Shown here: positions 24,240 to 36,959 of the stretch, piece after piece | Layout: each line of letters starts with the position of its first letter | Numbering within the stretch: position 1 is the stretch's first letter | Assembly (NCBI GenBank): GCA_024679065.1 | Contig: JAGIQG010000009.1 | Coordinates: 81,344,001 to 81,408,000 of the forward strand | Direction of reading: 5' to 3' | Origin: Sphyrna mokarran | Lineage: Eukaryota | DNA length: 64,000 bases | Notes under the pieces: model-generated | What the model was told of the DNA's origin: nothing | Seen by the model: the letters and a program-made list of their open reading frames with translations, nothing else | Databases searched by the model: none | Made by a program: the position numbers and the translations under genes

Positions 24240-24815
24240 TTTCCTGGTGTCAGGTGTAGTGAGTGAGAGGGAAAAATTTAGACTGGGGACTCAAAATGTC
24301 ACTCAATGAAATTTTCAAATAATTAGAAAGATGAAAATGAATTAATTTGCTGCAAGTTATTTAAGCTTTCATCCAGGAGGGAGAGTGAGAGAGAGGAGAG
24401 AAAGACAGAAGCAGAGAGAGAGACAGAGTGAGAGAGAGACAGAGCGAGAGGGTTCCCCTCGGGGAGTTCCTGAGCAGTGACGGGCAGGGACTGAGGAAAT
24501 GGGAGTTTCAGCTGTTTAGATTGTTCCTGTCGGTGTCAGTCTCCAAGATTCCTCCCACCCCCTCCACTGCTAGTGTTTTTATTTCTTTTGAGTCTGAAAG
24601 TTTAATGATGTTCAGATAATTGTTCCCATCTCAGTAACAAATATTCGGCTGCTTCTTTCACTTCCTCTGTTGGTTACGTTTCAATCTTCCAATCTGACAG
24701 TCTTTGGGAAAATATTTCAAAATATATATATAAGAAGCGGATGGGCTCGCTGCACTGACAATTCCGGGCTCGGATCTGTATTCCGCCCGGATCCGGCCCT
24801 TAAGCTCTGATTGGT
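24240..24815. promoter_or_regulatory. Candidate 3' enhancer/promoter module, cluster B
   Basis: CAGGTG 24251, ATGAAAAT 24331, GGGGAGTTCC 24461-24470, GAGGAA, CAGCTG 24509, EICE 24656-24665(-); motif evidence only. Confidence 0.5.
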
Positions 24816-24994
24816 AAAATCGGGCCCAGAGTGAACTCTTTACAACAACAGCTTAAACTTTCAGATTGCTGAATCCATTCCCCCCTCGAGCAGAATGGAC
24901 CTTGTGTTTTTATTTCCAGAGAATCACAAATGGAACAACATTACCAGCAACTTTAAGAAGATTTTTATTCCCACACCATGGTCATGGTTTCGAA

Positions 24995-25320
24995 CCAAGT
25001 GGCACAGTGGTTAACACTGCTGTCTAACAGCTCCCAGGACCTGGGCTTGATTCCCGGTTTGGATCACTGTGGAATTTGCACATACTCCCCGTGTCTGCGT
25101 GGATTTTCTTTGGGTGCTCCGGATTCCTTCCACAGTCAAAGGTGTGTGGGTTAGGTTGATTGGCCATGCTAAATTGCCCCTTAGTGTCCCGGGATGTGGA
25201 GGTTAGAGAGATTAGTAAGGTTAATGTGTGGGGTCGCAGTAATAGGACGTGGGATGGGATTGTTGATGGTGTAGATTCGATGGGCCAAATGGACTCCTTC
25301 TGCACGTTAGGGATTCTGTG
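24995..25320 (+). mobile_element. HE1/V-SINE
   Basis: tRNA-like head, V core and gggattctgtg tail; paralogs at 38505-38830(-) and 62800-63130(-). Confidence 0.8.
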
Positions 25321-25989
25321 GAAAATGATTTAACCCCTTCAGGACCACTGTTATTTTCTACTTGTGGACAGGAGATCTGATATGGACACACAGATCAATA
25401 AGAACCTGACCTTTCAGCAAGAGACCTTTGAGATACAAAGATTTTATTGAAGATAAAGAATATGTGTTAATAAACATGTGGGACTTTTGATCTGGATTCA
25501 AAGCTACACACATCAGGAAGAGGGAGTTTCAATTTTGATCGTGGCAATTATGATTCTTACAAAGTTTAAAGGCTCAGGTTTGGGTCCTGAAATTGTTCTC
25601 AACAGGAAACGTTTATTGTGGAAGGTTTGAGAACAATTGACACAAATCCAAATGCTGAAAGCTTCTGTGCTGAAAGAAGAGTTTAAAATGTGTTTGTCTC
25701 TTCCCAAAATATAAATCCAAAAGTTTAATGGATGCAATTTGTAGCAGGGTTAAAGAAGGCAGCTCAACAATAAAACTATTCGTATCTGGAATCATTTTAA
25801 AATCACCAGCAACAATCTCCAGAGTTACTTTTGAGAGAATAGAATGTTGTTTGAGGTGTTATGACCCACACTGATGTTGAATGTGAAAGGATCTCAAAGC
25901 TCAGAATGGGAACATGGAACACTGGTTCTTAGCAGTGTAGATTTTCACTTTAGTATCCTGTGAGAAAAGTGTGTGAACCAGGGAGAAAT

Positions 25990-26702
25990 ATAGAACATAG
26001 AACATTACAGCGCAGAACAGGCCCTTCAGCCTTCGATGTTGCACCGACCAATTATGAAAAAAGCAATGACCCTCCAAACTAAACCATTCCCTTCTCTTCC
26101 ATAAACTTATCAACTAACCTCTTAAACGCCACTAAACTTGGTGCATATACAACTGCCGCAGGCAGGGCATTCCACTCCCTAACCACCCTCTGGGTAAAGA
26201 ACCTACCTCTGATATCCGTCCTATAACTATCACCCTTAATTTAAAGCTGTGTCCCCTCGTGCTAGCTTTCTCCATCCTAGGAAAAAGGCTATCACTGTCC
26301 ACCCTATCTAAAACTCTAATCATCTTATATGTTTCGATTAGGTCCCCTCTTAGCCGCCTCCTTTCTAACGAAAACAACCTCAAATCCCTCAGCCTCTCTT
26401 CATAAGACCTGCCCTCATACCAGGCAACATCCTGGTAAACCTCCTCTGTACCCTCTCCAATGCCTCCACATCTTTCTTATAATGTGGGGACTAGAACTGC
26501 ACACAATACTCCAAGTGCAGCGGCACTAGAGTTTTGTACAGTTGCAACATGACGTTGCGGCTCCGAAATTCAATTCCCCTACCAATAAAAGCTAAGACTC
26601 CGTATGCCTTCTTAACAACCTTATTGACTTGACTGCCTACTTTCAAGGATCTATGCACAAATACACCAAGATCCCTCCGTTCATCAACACTATTAAGAAT
26701 CC
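25990..26702 (-). mobile_element. 5'-truncated CR1 insertion specific to unit B
   Basis: (tagaaca)n tail, RT C-terminal motifs, AAATA duplication; empty site at about 37835 and 62175. Confidence 0.85.
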
Positions 26703-26749
26703 AAAATAGTCGAGTCTTTGTGTGAATAATTAATACAGAATATTCATTC

Positions 26750-27630
26750 ATAGAACATAGAACACAGATCACTACAGCACAAACAGGCCCTTCGGCCCAT
26801 AACTTGTGCCGATCATATTTATACTTACCAGGCCACAGAATTATCTATAACTCCCAATCCCATTAAATTCCATGTACACATTCAGAAGTCTCTTAAAAGA
26901 CCCCAGCGAGTTCGCCTCTGCCATACTGATGGCAACCGATTCCATTCACTCATCACCCCCTGAGTGAAAAACTTACCTCTAACATCACCCCTGTACTTCC
27001 CCCTCGCACATAAAACCTGTGTCCTCTCGTAGCGACCATTTCATCCCTGGGAAATACCCTCCAAGAATCCACTCTATCTATTCCTCTCAACATCTTATAA
27101 ACCTCTATCAGGTCGCCTCTCAACCTTCGTCTCTCCAGGGAACAGAGACCTAGCTCTCTCAACCTATCTTCATAAGGCATGTCCCCCAATCCAGGCAACA
27201 TCCTTGTAAATCTCCTCTGCACCCTCTCAATAACTTCCACATCCTTCCTATAGTGAGGTGACCAGAACTGCACACAATACTCCAAGTGGGGTCTAACAAG
27301 AGTTTTATAAAGTTGCAGCATTACCTCCTGACTCCTAAAGTCAATTCCTCTATTAATGAAGGCCAGTACGCCTTATGCCTTCTTGACCACATCCTCCACT
27401 TCAGGGCAGATTTAACAGACTTATGGACCCAGACCCCAAGATACATCTGCTCCTCAACACTGCCAAGACTCCTACCCTTGATATTATACTCCTTCATTCC
27501 ATTGGTCCTGCCAAAATGGACCACCACATATTTATCCGCGTTGAAGTCCATCTGCCACTTCTCCGCCCAGTCTTGCATCCTATCTATGTCTCGCTGCAAC
27601 TTCAGACATCCCTCCAGACTATCTACAACA
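26750..27630 (-). mobile_element. CR1 3' fragment shared by all units
   Basis: LQRDIDRMQDWAEKWQMDFN..LVRPHLEYCVQFWSP; paralogs at 36960-37790(+) and 61260-62135(+). Confidence 0.9.
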
Positions 27631-28268
27631 CATAAAAAGAAAACAAAACACACAAACTCTATAATACACAACAATGCATTTAACTAAATGCGTGAACTGA
27701 GGGCTAGACACACACACTATTACATGAAGCTCCCCCTTTCTTCTCAATCACCTCTGTTTCCTGAACATTGAGATTTCCCTTTGATCCAAAACAACATCCA
27801 ATATTCTGTAACTCTGAGCTAAATCCAGTGAATAATTATCCCACACAGGTTATATGCCAGCATTCGGGATCCCTGACTCCTTTACGGTGACAAACTCTCA
27901 TCGTGTGGGTCGGACCCTCACTGGTTATGTATTCAGTCCAAGGTGGGACAGAATGTTAAACATCGACACTAGCCCAGACCGAATGTCTCGGGTTGCAGTG
28001 GAGAGAACCCTGACCACAACCAGAAAGTTTCTGGAACAAAGCAATGGAACAATCCCAAGGGGAAGGGGGCAGGTGAACCTGGACACAGGAAAGAGCAGGA
28101 AAGTGGAGGATTCAGTGAGAAATCGAGGGGAGATGGTGAGAAAGCAGAATAAATGGAGGGAAGTAGGGAGGGTGACAGGAGCTGGTGAAACTGTTGGAGT
28201 TGAATAGTTAGTGTGTGTATTTGATGTCATCAGAGACTGTTGCTATCCAAAGTGATAGAGATGCTGAT

Positions 28269-31200
28269 TGTAATAAGTGGAGGAGACTGGATTTGGAAAT
28301 AACTAACTAAAGGCTTTACTGATGAGAAAAACTATTTCCAATGAAGGGTTTAACAACACAAGCAGACAGATCTATTACCAACAACATCCTGACTCCAACT
28401 GAAGCCTCCAGTCCCAGGAATGATCACCCTCACTCCCGATTGGCCCAGGTTCACATCCTCACAGTCCTTTGGCTCCGGTCTGGTCATGTGGCCTGTGAAG
28501 GATTGCCCCTTAAAGGGGCCAGGCTCACACACTCCTTCCCCTGGAACATCTTGGACTCCCTGTGATCAAACAAAAACTACAACAGTTAACACACAGGCAG
28601 AGAAACAACAATATTACAGGAGGGACACCAGGGAAAGACAGTTCTTCATGTCAGCTGGTCCAGAGATTTCTGGAACCTTGCGGAACGCTGCAACTCTATC
28701 AGGGGCACTTCAGCAGCCATCGATACAGGATCCACTGATGGGGTGGATGTGCTAACCATCTCTGGAGCTAGGCCCTGGGCAGCTCCTTTTCTCTGCCTCA
28801 CCCACCCAAGCCAGACGCTGCCTTGGCCACACGATGGACATGGAATTGTCTTGTTCAGAGGCTGGTACACACAAACTAGTTACGGGGCCCAATTGCTCAT
28901 CTCCTGGAGCTTGGTCTACTCTCTTGCGTAGGTAACCAATATGTTCCTTAACTCCACAGCCCTGTGTCTCCCCCAAATATGAGACTGGTCCTGTCTTCTC
29001 CACAACTGGGTCCACCATCCAAATTCCCACTCAACATGAGGTTGCCATCATTAAACAATCTGTCCCCTTTCTGAGAGTCACAATACTCTTTCTGAGACGC
29101 TCGCTGAGCCTCCATGACCACCATCACCCCCCTCCGCCCCTGCACCGACAAATTTGGGAACACTAAATCTAAACAGATACACAGGCACCGACCCATTAAC
29201 AACTCTGCGGGTGTGACCCCGACATGATTCTCTGGGAGGCAAGAGAGGAGATTGCAGAGCCTCTGGCTCTGATCTTCAGGTCCTCGTTGGTTACGGGTGT
29301 GGTTCCGGAGGAATGGAGGATAGCGAATGTGGTCCCATTGTTTAAGAAGGGGAAGAGAGACCTTCCAGGGAATTATAGGCCAGTGAGTCTTACTTCTGTT
29401 GTGGGCAAGGTATTGGAGAGAATTATTAGGGATAGGATTTATAGTTATTTAGAGAGAAATGAATTGATGGGGGATAGTCAGCATGGTTTCGTGAAGGGTA
29501 GGTCATGCCTTACTAACCTCATTGAGTTTTTTGAGAAAGTGACCAGAGAGGTGGATGGGGGTAAGGCGGTTGATGTAGTATATATGGACTTTAGTAAGGC
29601 TTTTGATAAGGTGGCCCATGGAAGAATTCTACAGAAAATGCAGATGTGTGGAATAGAGGGTGATTTAGCTAATTGGATTAGAAATTGGCTGGCAGATAGA
29701 AGACAGAGGGTGGTGGTTGATGGGAGATTTGCATCGTGGAGTTCGGTGACGAGTGGTGTGCCTCAGGGGTCTGTTTTGGGGCCCCTGCTGTTTGTAATTT
29801 TTATAAATGATCTGGATGAGGGTATTGAGGGATGGATCAGGAAATTTGCAGATGATACTAAAGTTGGTGGTGTGGTAGATAGTGAAGAGGGGTGTTTTAG
29901 TTTACAGAGTGACTTGGACAAGTTGCAGAGCTGGGCCGAGAGGTGGCAATTGGAGTTTAATGTGGAAAAGTGTGAGGTAATGCACTTTGGCAGGAACAAT
30001 AAATGTGTAGAGTATAGGGCTAATGGTAGGGCTCTTAATAGTGTTGAGGAACAGAAGGATCTTGGTGTATGTGTCAATAGATCCCTGAAAGAGGCAGTCA
30101 AGTGGATAAAGTTGTTAAGAAGGCATATGGAGTCTTAGCTTTTATTGGTAGGGGGATTGAATTTAGGAGCCGCAGCATCATGTTGCAACTGTACAAACCT
30201 CTAGTGCGGCCGCACTTGGAGTATTGTGTGCAGTTCTGGTCGCCACATTATAAGAAAGATGTGGAGGCATTGGAGAGGGTACAGAGGAGGTTACCAGGAT
30301 GTTGCCTGGTATGGAGGGCAGGTCTTATGAGGAGAGGCTGAGGGATTTGAGGTTGTTTTCGTTAGAAAGAAGGCGGCTAAGAGGAGACCTTATTGAAACA
30401 TATAAGATGATTAGAGGTTAGATAGGGTGGACAGTGATAGCCTTTTTCCTAGGATGGAGAAAGCTAGCACGAGGGGACACAGCTTTAAATTAAGGGGTTT
30501 GAGTTATAGGACGGATATCAGAGGTAGGTTCTTTACTCAAAGAGTGATTAGGGAGTGGAATGCCCTGCCTGCAGCTGTTGTAGATGCGCCAAGTTTGGTG
30601 GCGTTTAAGAGGTTAGTTGATAAGTATATGGAAGAGAAGGGAATGGTTTAGTTTGGAGGGGCATTGCTTTTTATTTTGGTCGGCACAACATCGAAGGCCG
30701 AAGGGCCTGTTCTGTGCTGTATTGTTCTATGTTCTATGTTCTATGTTCTATGACCCCAGTGATGGTGTGAGGTGTAGTGTTGTCGGACAGCAAATAACTG
30801 GCCAATCGCAATGGCAGCGGCCCATGAACCTGCTTCACATGGAGCCTTGAACATCAGCATGGCTCGCTCCACCAACCCATTCGAGGCAAGATGGTCGGGG
30901 GCTGGCCTGACATGACCAATCTCATTCGACTTGATCAAAGTCTGAGATTCATCAGTGTGAATGCTGCTCCGTTGTCTGATAGCAACACTTCAGGAAGACC
31001 ATGGATCACAAAGATCTGTCTCAGTTTATCAATGGTAAATGGAGGATGTGATGGGATCTCATGAGCTGATCGTCCAGTCACTTGGAATGAGCATCGACTA
31101 ACACCAGGAACATCTGTCCAAAACCTACATGAAGCCGTGACCAAGGGAGCGTGTTCACTGACGGAGATAACACTTGCTGAGTTGGACAACTCTCACACTG

Positions 31201-31925
31201 CCCAAACATTTGTTCAATGTCTCTGTCAATACCATAACTTCTGGCCAACACTTTCATTCTGTTCTGGCCAGGATGGGCATCATGTAACTCTTGGAGCAGT
31301 GGCCATGCCCAGGGGGTTGTATGCTGACACAGACCTCCCCCACAACAGCTCCCCCTCTTCACAGGGTATCTGGTCCCTGCAATGTAAATACAACTTCATT
31401 TGCTCTGCCTTGTCAAAGTGCCACCTTGTCAGTACCATTTTCTTGCTCTTTGCTAACATCAGCTCCCTATCTGTCCATGCCTGAATGTGGGCTGCTAAGA
31501 CAGGCAGGATGTCCAAATAATGCAGAGCCAATACTATCTCCTGTGGAACAGACGGTGACGGTATGGTCTGTGGTAGCGGCAGGCAGCTCAATGCATCTGC
31601 ATTTGAGATCTGTGTTCCTGGCCTATGCTGGAAGGTTTAGCCGTTTAGTGCCAGCAGCAATGCCCATCTCTGCACCCTGGCAGAGGCAATAGGTGGCACT
31701 GGCTTAATGTCCTGGAAAAGTCCCAACAATGGCTTATGGTCTGACACGATGGTGAAACGCCGCCCATAGACATATTGGTGAAATTTTTCACTGTGTGGAT
31801 AATTGCTGGGCTTTCTATGTCAATTTGTGAATATATTTTGTCAACATTTAACAAAGTCCTCGAAGCAAATGAATTTGGTCTCGCCATCCCATCTTCCAGT
31901 CTATGGGATAGAATTGGTCCAACTC
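28269..31925 (-). mobile_element. Decayed Gypsy/Ty3 LTR element: RNaseH, integrase, PPT, 3' LTR (28269-28531); interrupted by a CR1
   Basis: ILSH..FASRTL..YSQIDIE, LHDAHPG..CESC zinc finger, SDNGAAF, SNGLVER; PPT aggggaaggag followed by a TG...CA LTR. Confidence 0.85.
29224..30750 (+). mobile_element. 5'-truncated CR1 LINE with a largely intact RT domain
   Basis: NYRPVSLTS, QHGF, DFSKAFD, GVPQGSVLGP, FADD; frameshifted after about 30100; (gttctat)n tail. Confidence 0.95.
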
Positions 31926-31929
31926 CATA

Positions 31930-32870
31930 TCGTGTCATAGAGTCACACAGCACAGAAACAGGCCCTTCAGCCCACCATGTCTATGCTGACTACCCAATAC
32001 CAATCTATCCTAATTCCTTTTCCCAGTACTTGGTCCATGGTGATTGAAGAGCTTGTCCAGATGCTTCTTAAATGTACCGAGAGTTCCTGCCTCCACAACT
32101 CTCTCAGGCAGCACATTCCATATTTCCACCATTCTCTAGGTCAAAAATTCTTTCTCAAATCTTCTCTAAACCACTTCTCCCTCACCTTAAACCTATGCCC
32201 TCTGCTCTTACAGTCCGGTGCCATGGAGAAAAGTCTCTTACAACCTACCCTATCTATACATCTCATAATTTTGTAAACCTCTATGAGATCCTCTGTCAGC
32301 CTCCTCTGCTCCAGGGAAAACAATCCCAGTCTATCCAGTCTCTCCTCACAGCTGAAAGTTTCCATCCCAGGCAACATCCTGGTGATTCTCCCCTGCACCC
32401 TCACCAGTGCAATCACATCCTTCCGATAGTGTGGTGACCAGAACTGCGCACATTTCATCCACGGCCTAACCAATGTTTTATAAAGTTGTACCAAATCCTT
32501 CCCCCTCCCATATTCGAAATCCCCCCAGGTAATGAAGGCAAGCATTCCGATTGCCTTCTTCACCACACTATCTCCCTGTGCTGCCACCTTCAGAGATCCA
32601 TGGACTTTATACCAAGGTCCCTCTTCTCCTCAATACTCCCTCGGTACCAACTGTTCATTGTGTAAATCCTATCCTTATTAAATCTCCCAAAATGCATCAT
32701 CTCACACTTATCAGGATTAAATTCCAGGTTTCATTGCTCTGTCCACCTTCCCCATCCTGAAAATGCTCACCACTGACACTTCAACAACTTGCCCAACTTC
32801 ATTCCCGAGGATTAGGTTGACGTACTGACACAAAGAGCTCTCCTGGACTCACTTTACAAATTCCATCCTG
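31930..32870 (-). mobile_element. CR1 fragments
   Basis: LYKTLVRP..QFWSPHYRKD..EERLDRLGLFSLE. Confidence 0.8.
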
Positions 32871-32977
32871 TCTAATCATAGAATCCCGACAGTGCAGAAC
32901 TAGGCTATTCAACCCATCGAGCCCATACCAACAACAATCCCACCCAGCCCTGTCCCCATGATCCCATGTATTTACCT

Positions 32978-33077
32978 NNNNNNNNNNNNNNNNNNNNNNN
33001 NNNNNNNNNNNNNNNNNNNNNNNNNNNNNNNNNNNNNNNNNNNNNNNNNNNNNNNNNNNNNNNNNNNNNNNNNNNNN
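32978..33077. other. Assembly gap (100 N, probably of unknown size)
   Basis: N-run. Confidence 1.
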
Positions 33078-33194
33078 AGATAAATACAAAGAACAAAGAA
33101 TAAAACAGCATGGGAAACAGGCCCTTCGATCCAACGAGCCTGCGCCGCCACTTCGATGGTCCCACTTCTCCCCGTGATCCCTGTCATCCCTGTT

Positions 33195-36100
33195 TCTGTT
33201 GGACCAATTCTGTCCCATAGAATGGCAGATGGGATGGAGAGGCCAAATTCATTTTCTTCGAGGACTTTGTTAAATGTTAACAAAATGTACTCACAAATTG
33301 ACATAGAAAGCCCAGCAATTATCCACACAATGAAAAATTTCACCAATATGCCTATGGGCAGCATTTCACCATCGTGTCAGACCATAAGCCATTGTTGGGA
33401 CTTTTCCAGGACATTAAGCCAGTGCCATCTATTGCCTCTGCCAGGGTGCAGAGATGGGCATTGCTGCTGGCACTAAAGAGCTAAACCTTCCAGCACAGGC
33501 CGGGAACACAGATCTCAAATGCAGATGCATTGAGCCGCCTGCCGCTACCACAGACTATACCATCACCGCCTGTTCCACGGGAGATAGTATTGACTCTGCA
33601 TTATTTGGACACCCTGCCTGTCTCAGCAGCCCACATTCAGATGTGGCCAGATAGGGAGCTGATGTTAGCAAAGAGCAAGAAAATGGTACTGACTGGGCAG
33701 CACTTTGACAAGGCAGAGCAAGTGAAGTTGTATTTACATTGCAGGGACCAGATACCCTGTGAAGAGAGGGTGCTATTGTGGGGGAGGTCTGTGTCAACAT
33801 ACAACCCCCTGGACAGGGCCACTGCTCCAAGAGTTACATGATACCCATCCTAGCCACAGCAGAATGAAAGTGTTGGCCAGAAGTTATGGTATTAACAGAG
33901 ACATTGAACAAATGGTTGGGCAGTGTGAGAGTTGTCCGACTCAGCAAGTGTTACCTCCATCAGTGAACATGCTCCCTTGGTCATGACTTCATGTAGGTTT
34001 TGGACAGATGTTCCTGATGTTGGTCGATGCCCATTCCGAGTGACTGGATGATCAGCTCACGAGACCCATCACATCCTCCATTTACCATCGATAAACTGAG
34101 GCAGATCTTTGTGATCCATGGTTTTCCTGAAATGTTGCTATCAGACAACAGAGCAGCATTCAATCTGATGAATCTCAGACTTTGATCAAGTCTAATGATA
34201 TTTGTCATGTCAGGCCAGCCCCCGACCATTCTGCCTCGAATAGGTTGGTGGAGCGAGCCATGCTGATGTTCAAGGCTCCATGTGAAGCAGGTTCATGGGC
34301 CGCTGCCACTGTGAGCGGCCAGTTATTTGCTGTCCTATAACACTGCACCTCACACCATCACTGGGGTCATAGAAATAGAACATAGAACATAGAACATTAC
34401 AGTGCAGAACAGGCCCTTCGGCCTTCGATGTTGCGCCGACCAATTATGAAAAAAAAAGCAATGACCCTCCAAACTAAACCATTCCCTTCTCTTCCATAAA
34501 CTTAACAACTAACCTCGTAAACACCACCAAACTTGGTGCATCTACAACTGCCGCAGGCAGGGCATTCCACTCCCTAACCACCTTCTGGGTAAAGAACCTA
34601 CCTCTGATATCCATCCTATAACTACCACCCCTTAATTTAAAGCTGTGTCCCCTCGTGCTAGCTTTCTCCATCCTAGGAAAAAGGCTATCACTGTCCACCC
34701 TATCTAAACATCTAATCATCTTATATGTTTCAATAAGATCCCCTCTTTGCCGCCTCCTTTCCAACGAAAACAACCTCAAATCCCTCAGCCTCTCCTCATA
34801 ACACATGCCCTCCATACCAGGCAACATCCTGGCAAACCTCCTCTGCACCCTCTCCAATACCTCCACATCTTTCTTAAAATGTGGGGACCAGAACTGCACA
34901 CAATACTCCAAGTGCGGCCGCACTACAGTTTTATACAGTTGCAACATGACGTTGCGGCTCCGAAATTCAATCCCCCTACCAATAAAAGCTAAGACTCCGT
35001 ATGCCTTCTTAACAACCTTATCTACTTGACTGCCTACTTTCAGGGATCTATGCACATATACACCAAGATCCCTCTGTTCCTCAACACTATTAAGAATCCT
35101 ACCACTAGACTTATACTCTACACATTTATTATTTATTTACCATCGATAAACTGAGGCAGATCTTTGTGATCCATGGTTTTCCTGAAATGTTGCTATCAGA
35201 CAACAGAGCAGCATTCAATCTGATGAATCTCAGACTTTGATCAAGTCTAATGATATTTGTCATGTCAGGCCAGCCCCCGACCATTCTGCCTCGAATAGGT
35301 TGGTGGAGCGAGCCATGCTGATGTTCAAGGCTCCATGTGAAGCAGGTTCATGGGCCGCTGCCACTGTGAGCGGCCAGTTATTTGCTGTCCTATAACACTG
35401 CACCTCACACCATCACTGGGGTCATGCCGGGGTCACACCCGCAGAGTTGTTAATGGGTCGGCACCTGTGTACCTGTTTAGATTTATTGTTCCCAAATTTG
35501 TTGGTGGGGGGTGGGGTGTGACTCTCAGAAAGGGGACAGATTGTTTCATGATGGCAACCTCATGTTGAGAGGGAATTTGGATGGTGGACCCAGTTGTGGA
35601 GAAGACAGGACCAGTCTCATATTTGGGGGAGACACAGGGTTGTGGAGTTAAGGAACATGTTGATTACCTACGCAAGAGACCAGAGCAAGCTCCAGGAGAT
35701 GAGCAATTGGGATCCGTAACCAGTTTGTGTGTACCAGCTTCTGAACAAGACAATTCCATGTCCATCGTGTGGCCAAGGCAGCGTCTGGCTTGGGTGGGTG
35801 AGGCAGAGAAAAGGGGCCTAGCTCCAGAGATGGTTAGCACATCCACCCCATCAGTGGATCCTGTATCGATGGCTGCTGAAGTGCCCCTGATAGAGTTGCA
35901 GCGTTCCGCAAGATTCCAGAAATCTCTGGACCAGCTGACATTATGAACTGTCTTTCCCTGGTGTCCCTCCTGTAATATTGTTGTTTCTCTGCCTGTGTGT
36001 TAACTGTTGTACTTTTTGTTTGATCACAGGGAGTCCAAGATGTTCCAGGGGAAGGAGTGTGTGAGCCTGGCCCCTTTAAGGGGCAATCCTTCACAGACCA

Positions 36101-36320
36101 CATGACCAGACCGGAGCCAATGGACTGTGAGGATGTGAACCTGGGCCAATCGGGAGTGAGGGTGATCATTCCTGGGACTGGAGGCTTCAGTTGGAGTCAG
36201 GATGTTGTTGGTAATAGATCTGTCTGCTTGTGTTGTTAAACCCTTCATTGGAAATACTTCTTCTCATCAATAAAGCCTTTAGTGAGTTATTTCCAAATCC
36301 ACTCTCCTCCACTTATTACA
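33195..36320 (+). mobile_element. Gypsy remnant, unit C copy (3' LTR 36058-36320)
   Basis: Same RNaseH and integrase motifs; PPT 36047-36057, TGT...ACA LTR with AATAAA. Confidence 0.85.
34371..35134 (-). mobile_element. 5'-truncated CR1 flanked by a direct repeat of about 290 bp
   Basis: 193-aa RT C-terminal ORF; 34080-34370 is repeated at 35135-35425. Confidence 0.9.
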
Positions 36321-36959
36321 ATCAGCATCTCTACCACTTTGGATAGCAACAGTCTCTCATAACATCAAATACACACACTAACTATTCAACTCGAACAGTT
36401 TCACCAGCTGCTGTCACCCTCCCTACTTCCCTCCATTTATTCTGCATTCTCACCATCTCCCCTCCATTTCTCACTGAATCCTCCACTTTCCTGCTCTTTC
36501 CTCTGTCCAGGTTCACCTGCCCCGTTCCCCTTGGGATTGTTCGATTGCTTTGTTCCAGAAACTTTCTGGTTGTGATCAGGGTTCTCTCCACTGCAACCCG
36601 AGACATTCGGTCTGGGCTCGTGTCGATGTTTAACATTCTGTCCCACCTTGGATTGAACACATAACCAGTGAGGGTCCGACCCACACGATGAGAGTTTGTC
36701 ACCGTAAAGGAGTCAGGGATCCTGAATGCTGCCATATAACCTGTGTGTGATAATTATTCACTGGTTTGAGCTCAGAGTTACATAATATTGGATGTTGTTT
36801 TGGAACAAAGGGAAATCTCAATGTTCAGGAAACACAAGTGATTGAGAAGAAAGGGGTAGCTTCATGTAATAGTGTGTGTGTCCAGCCCTCAGTTCATGTA
36901 TATAGTTAAATGCATTGTTGTGTATTATAGAGTTTGTGTGTTTTGTTTTCTTTCTACAT

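Noticed and set aside
27854-28207. 117-aa ATG ORF present in three units
   Set aside because: No recognisable domain, truncated to 90 aa in unit D, and its conservation is explained by recent duplication.
22354-32977. Kappa-deleting-element-like RSS downstream of C
   Set aside because: The heptamer I checked (25065) is inside a SINE and lacks a correctly spaced nonamer; this was a visual scan only.
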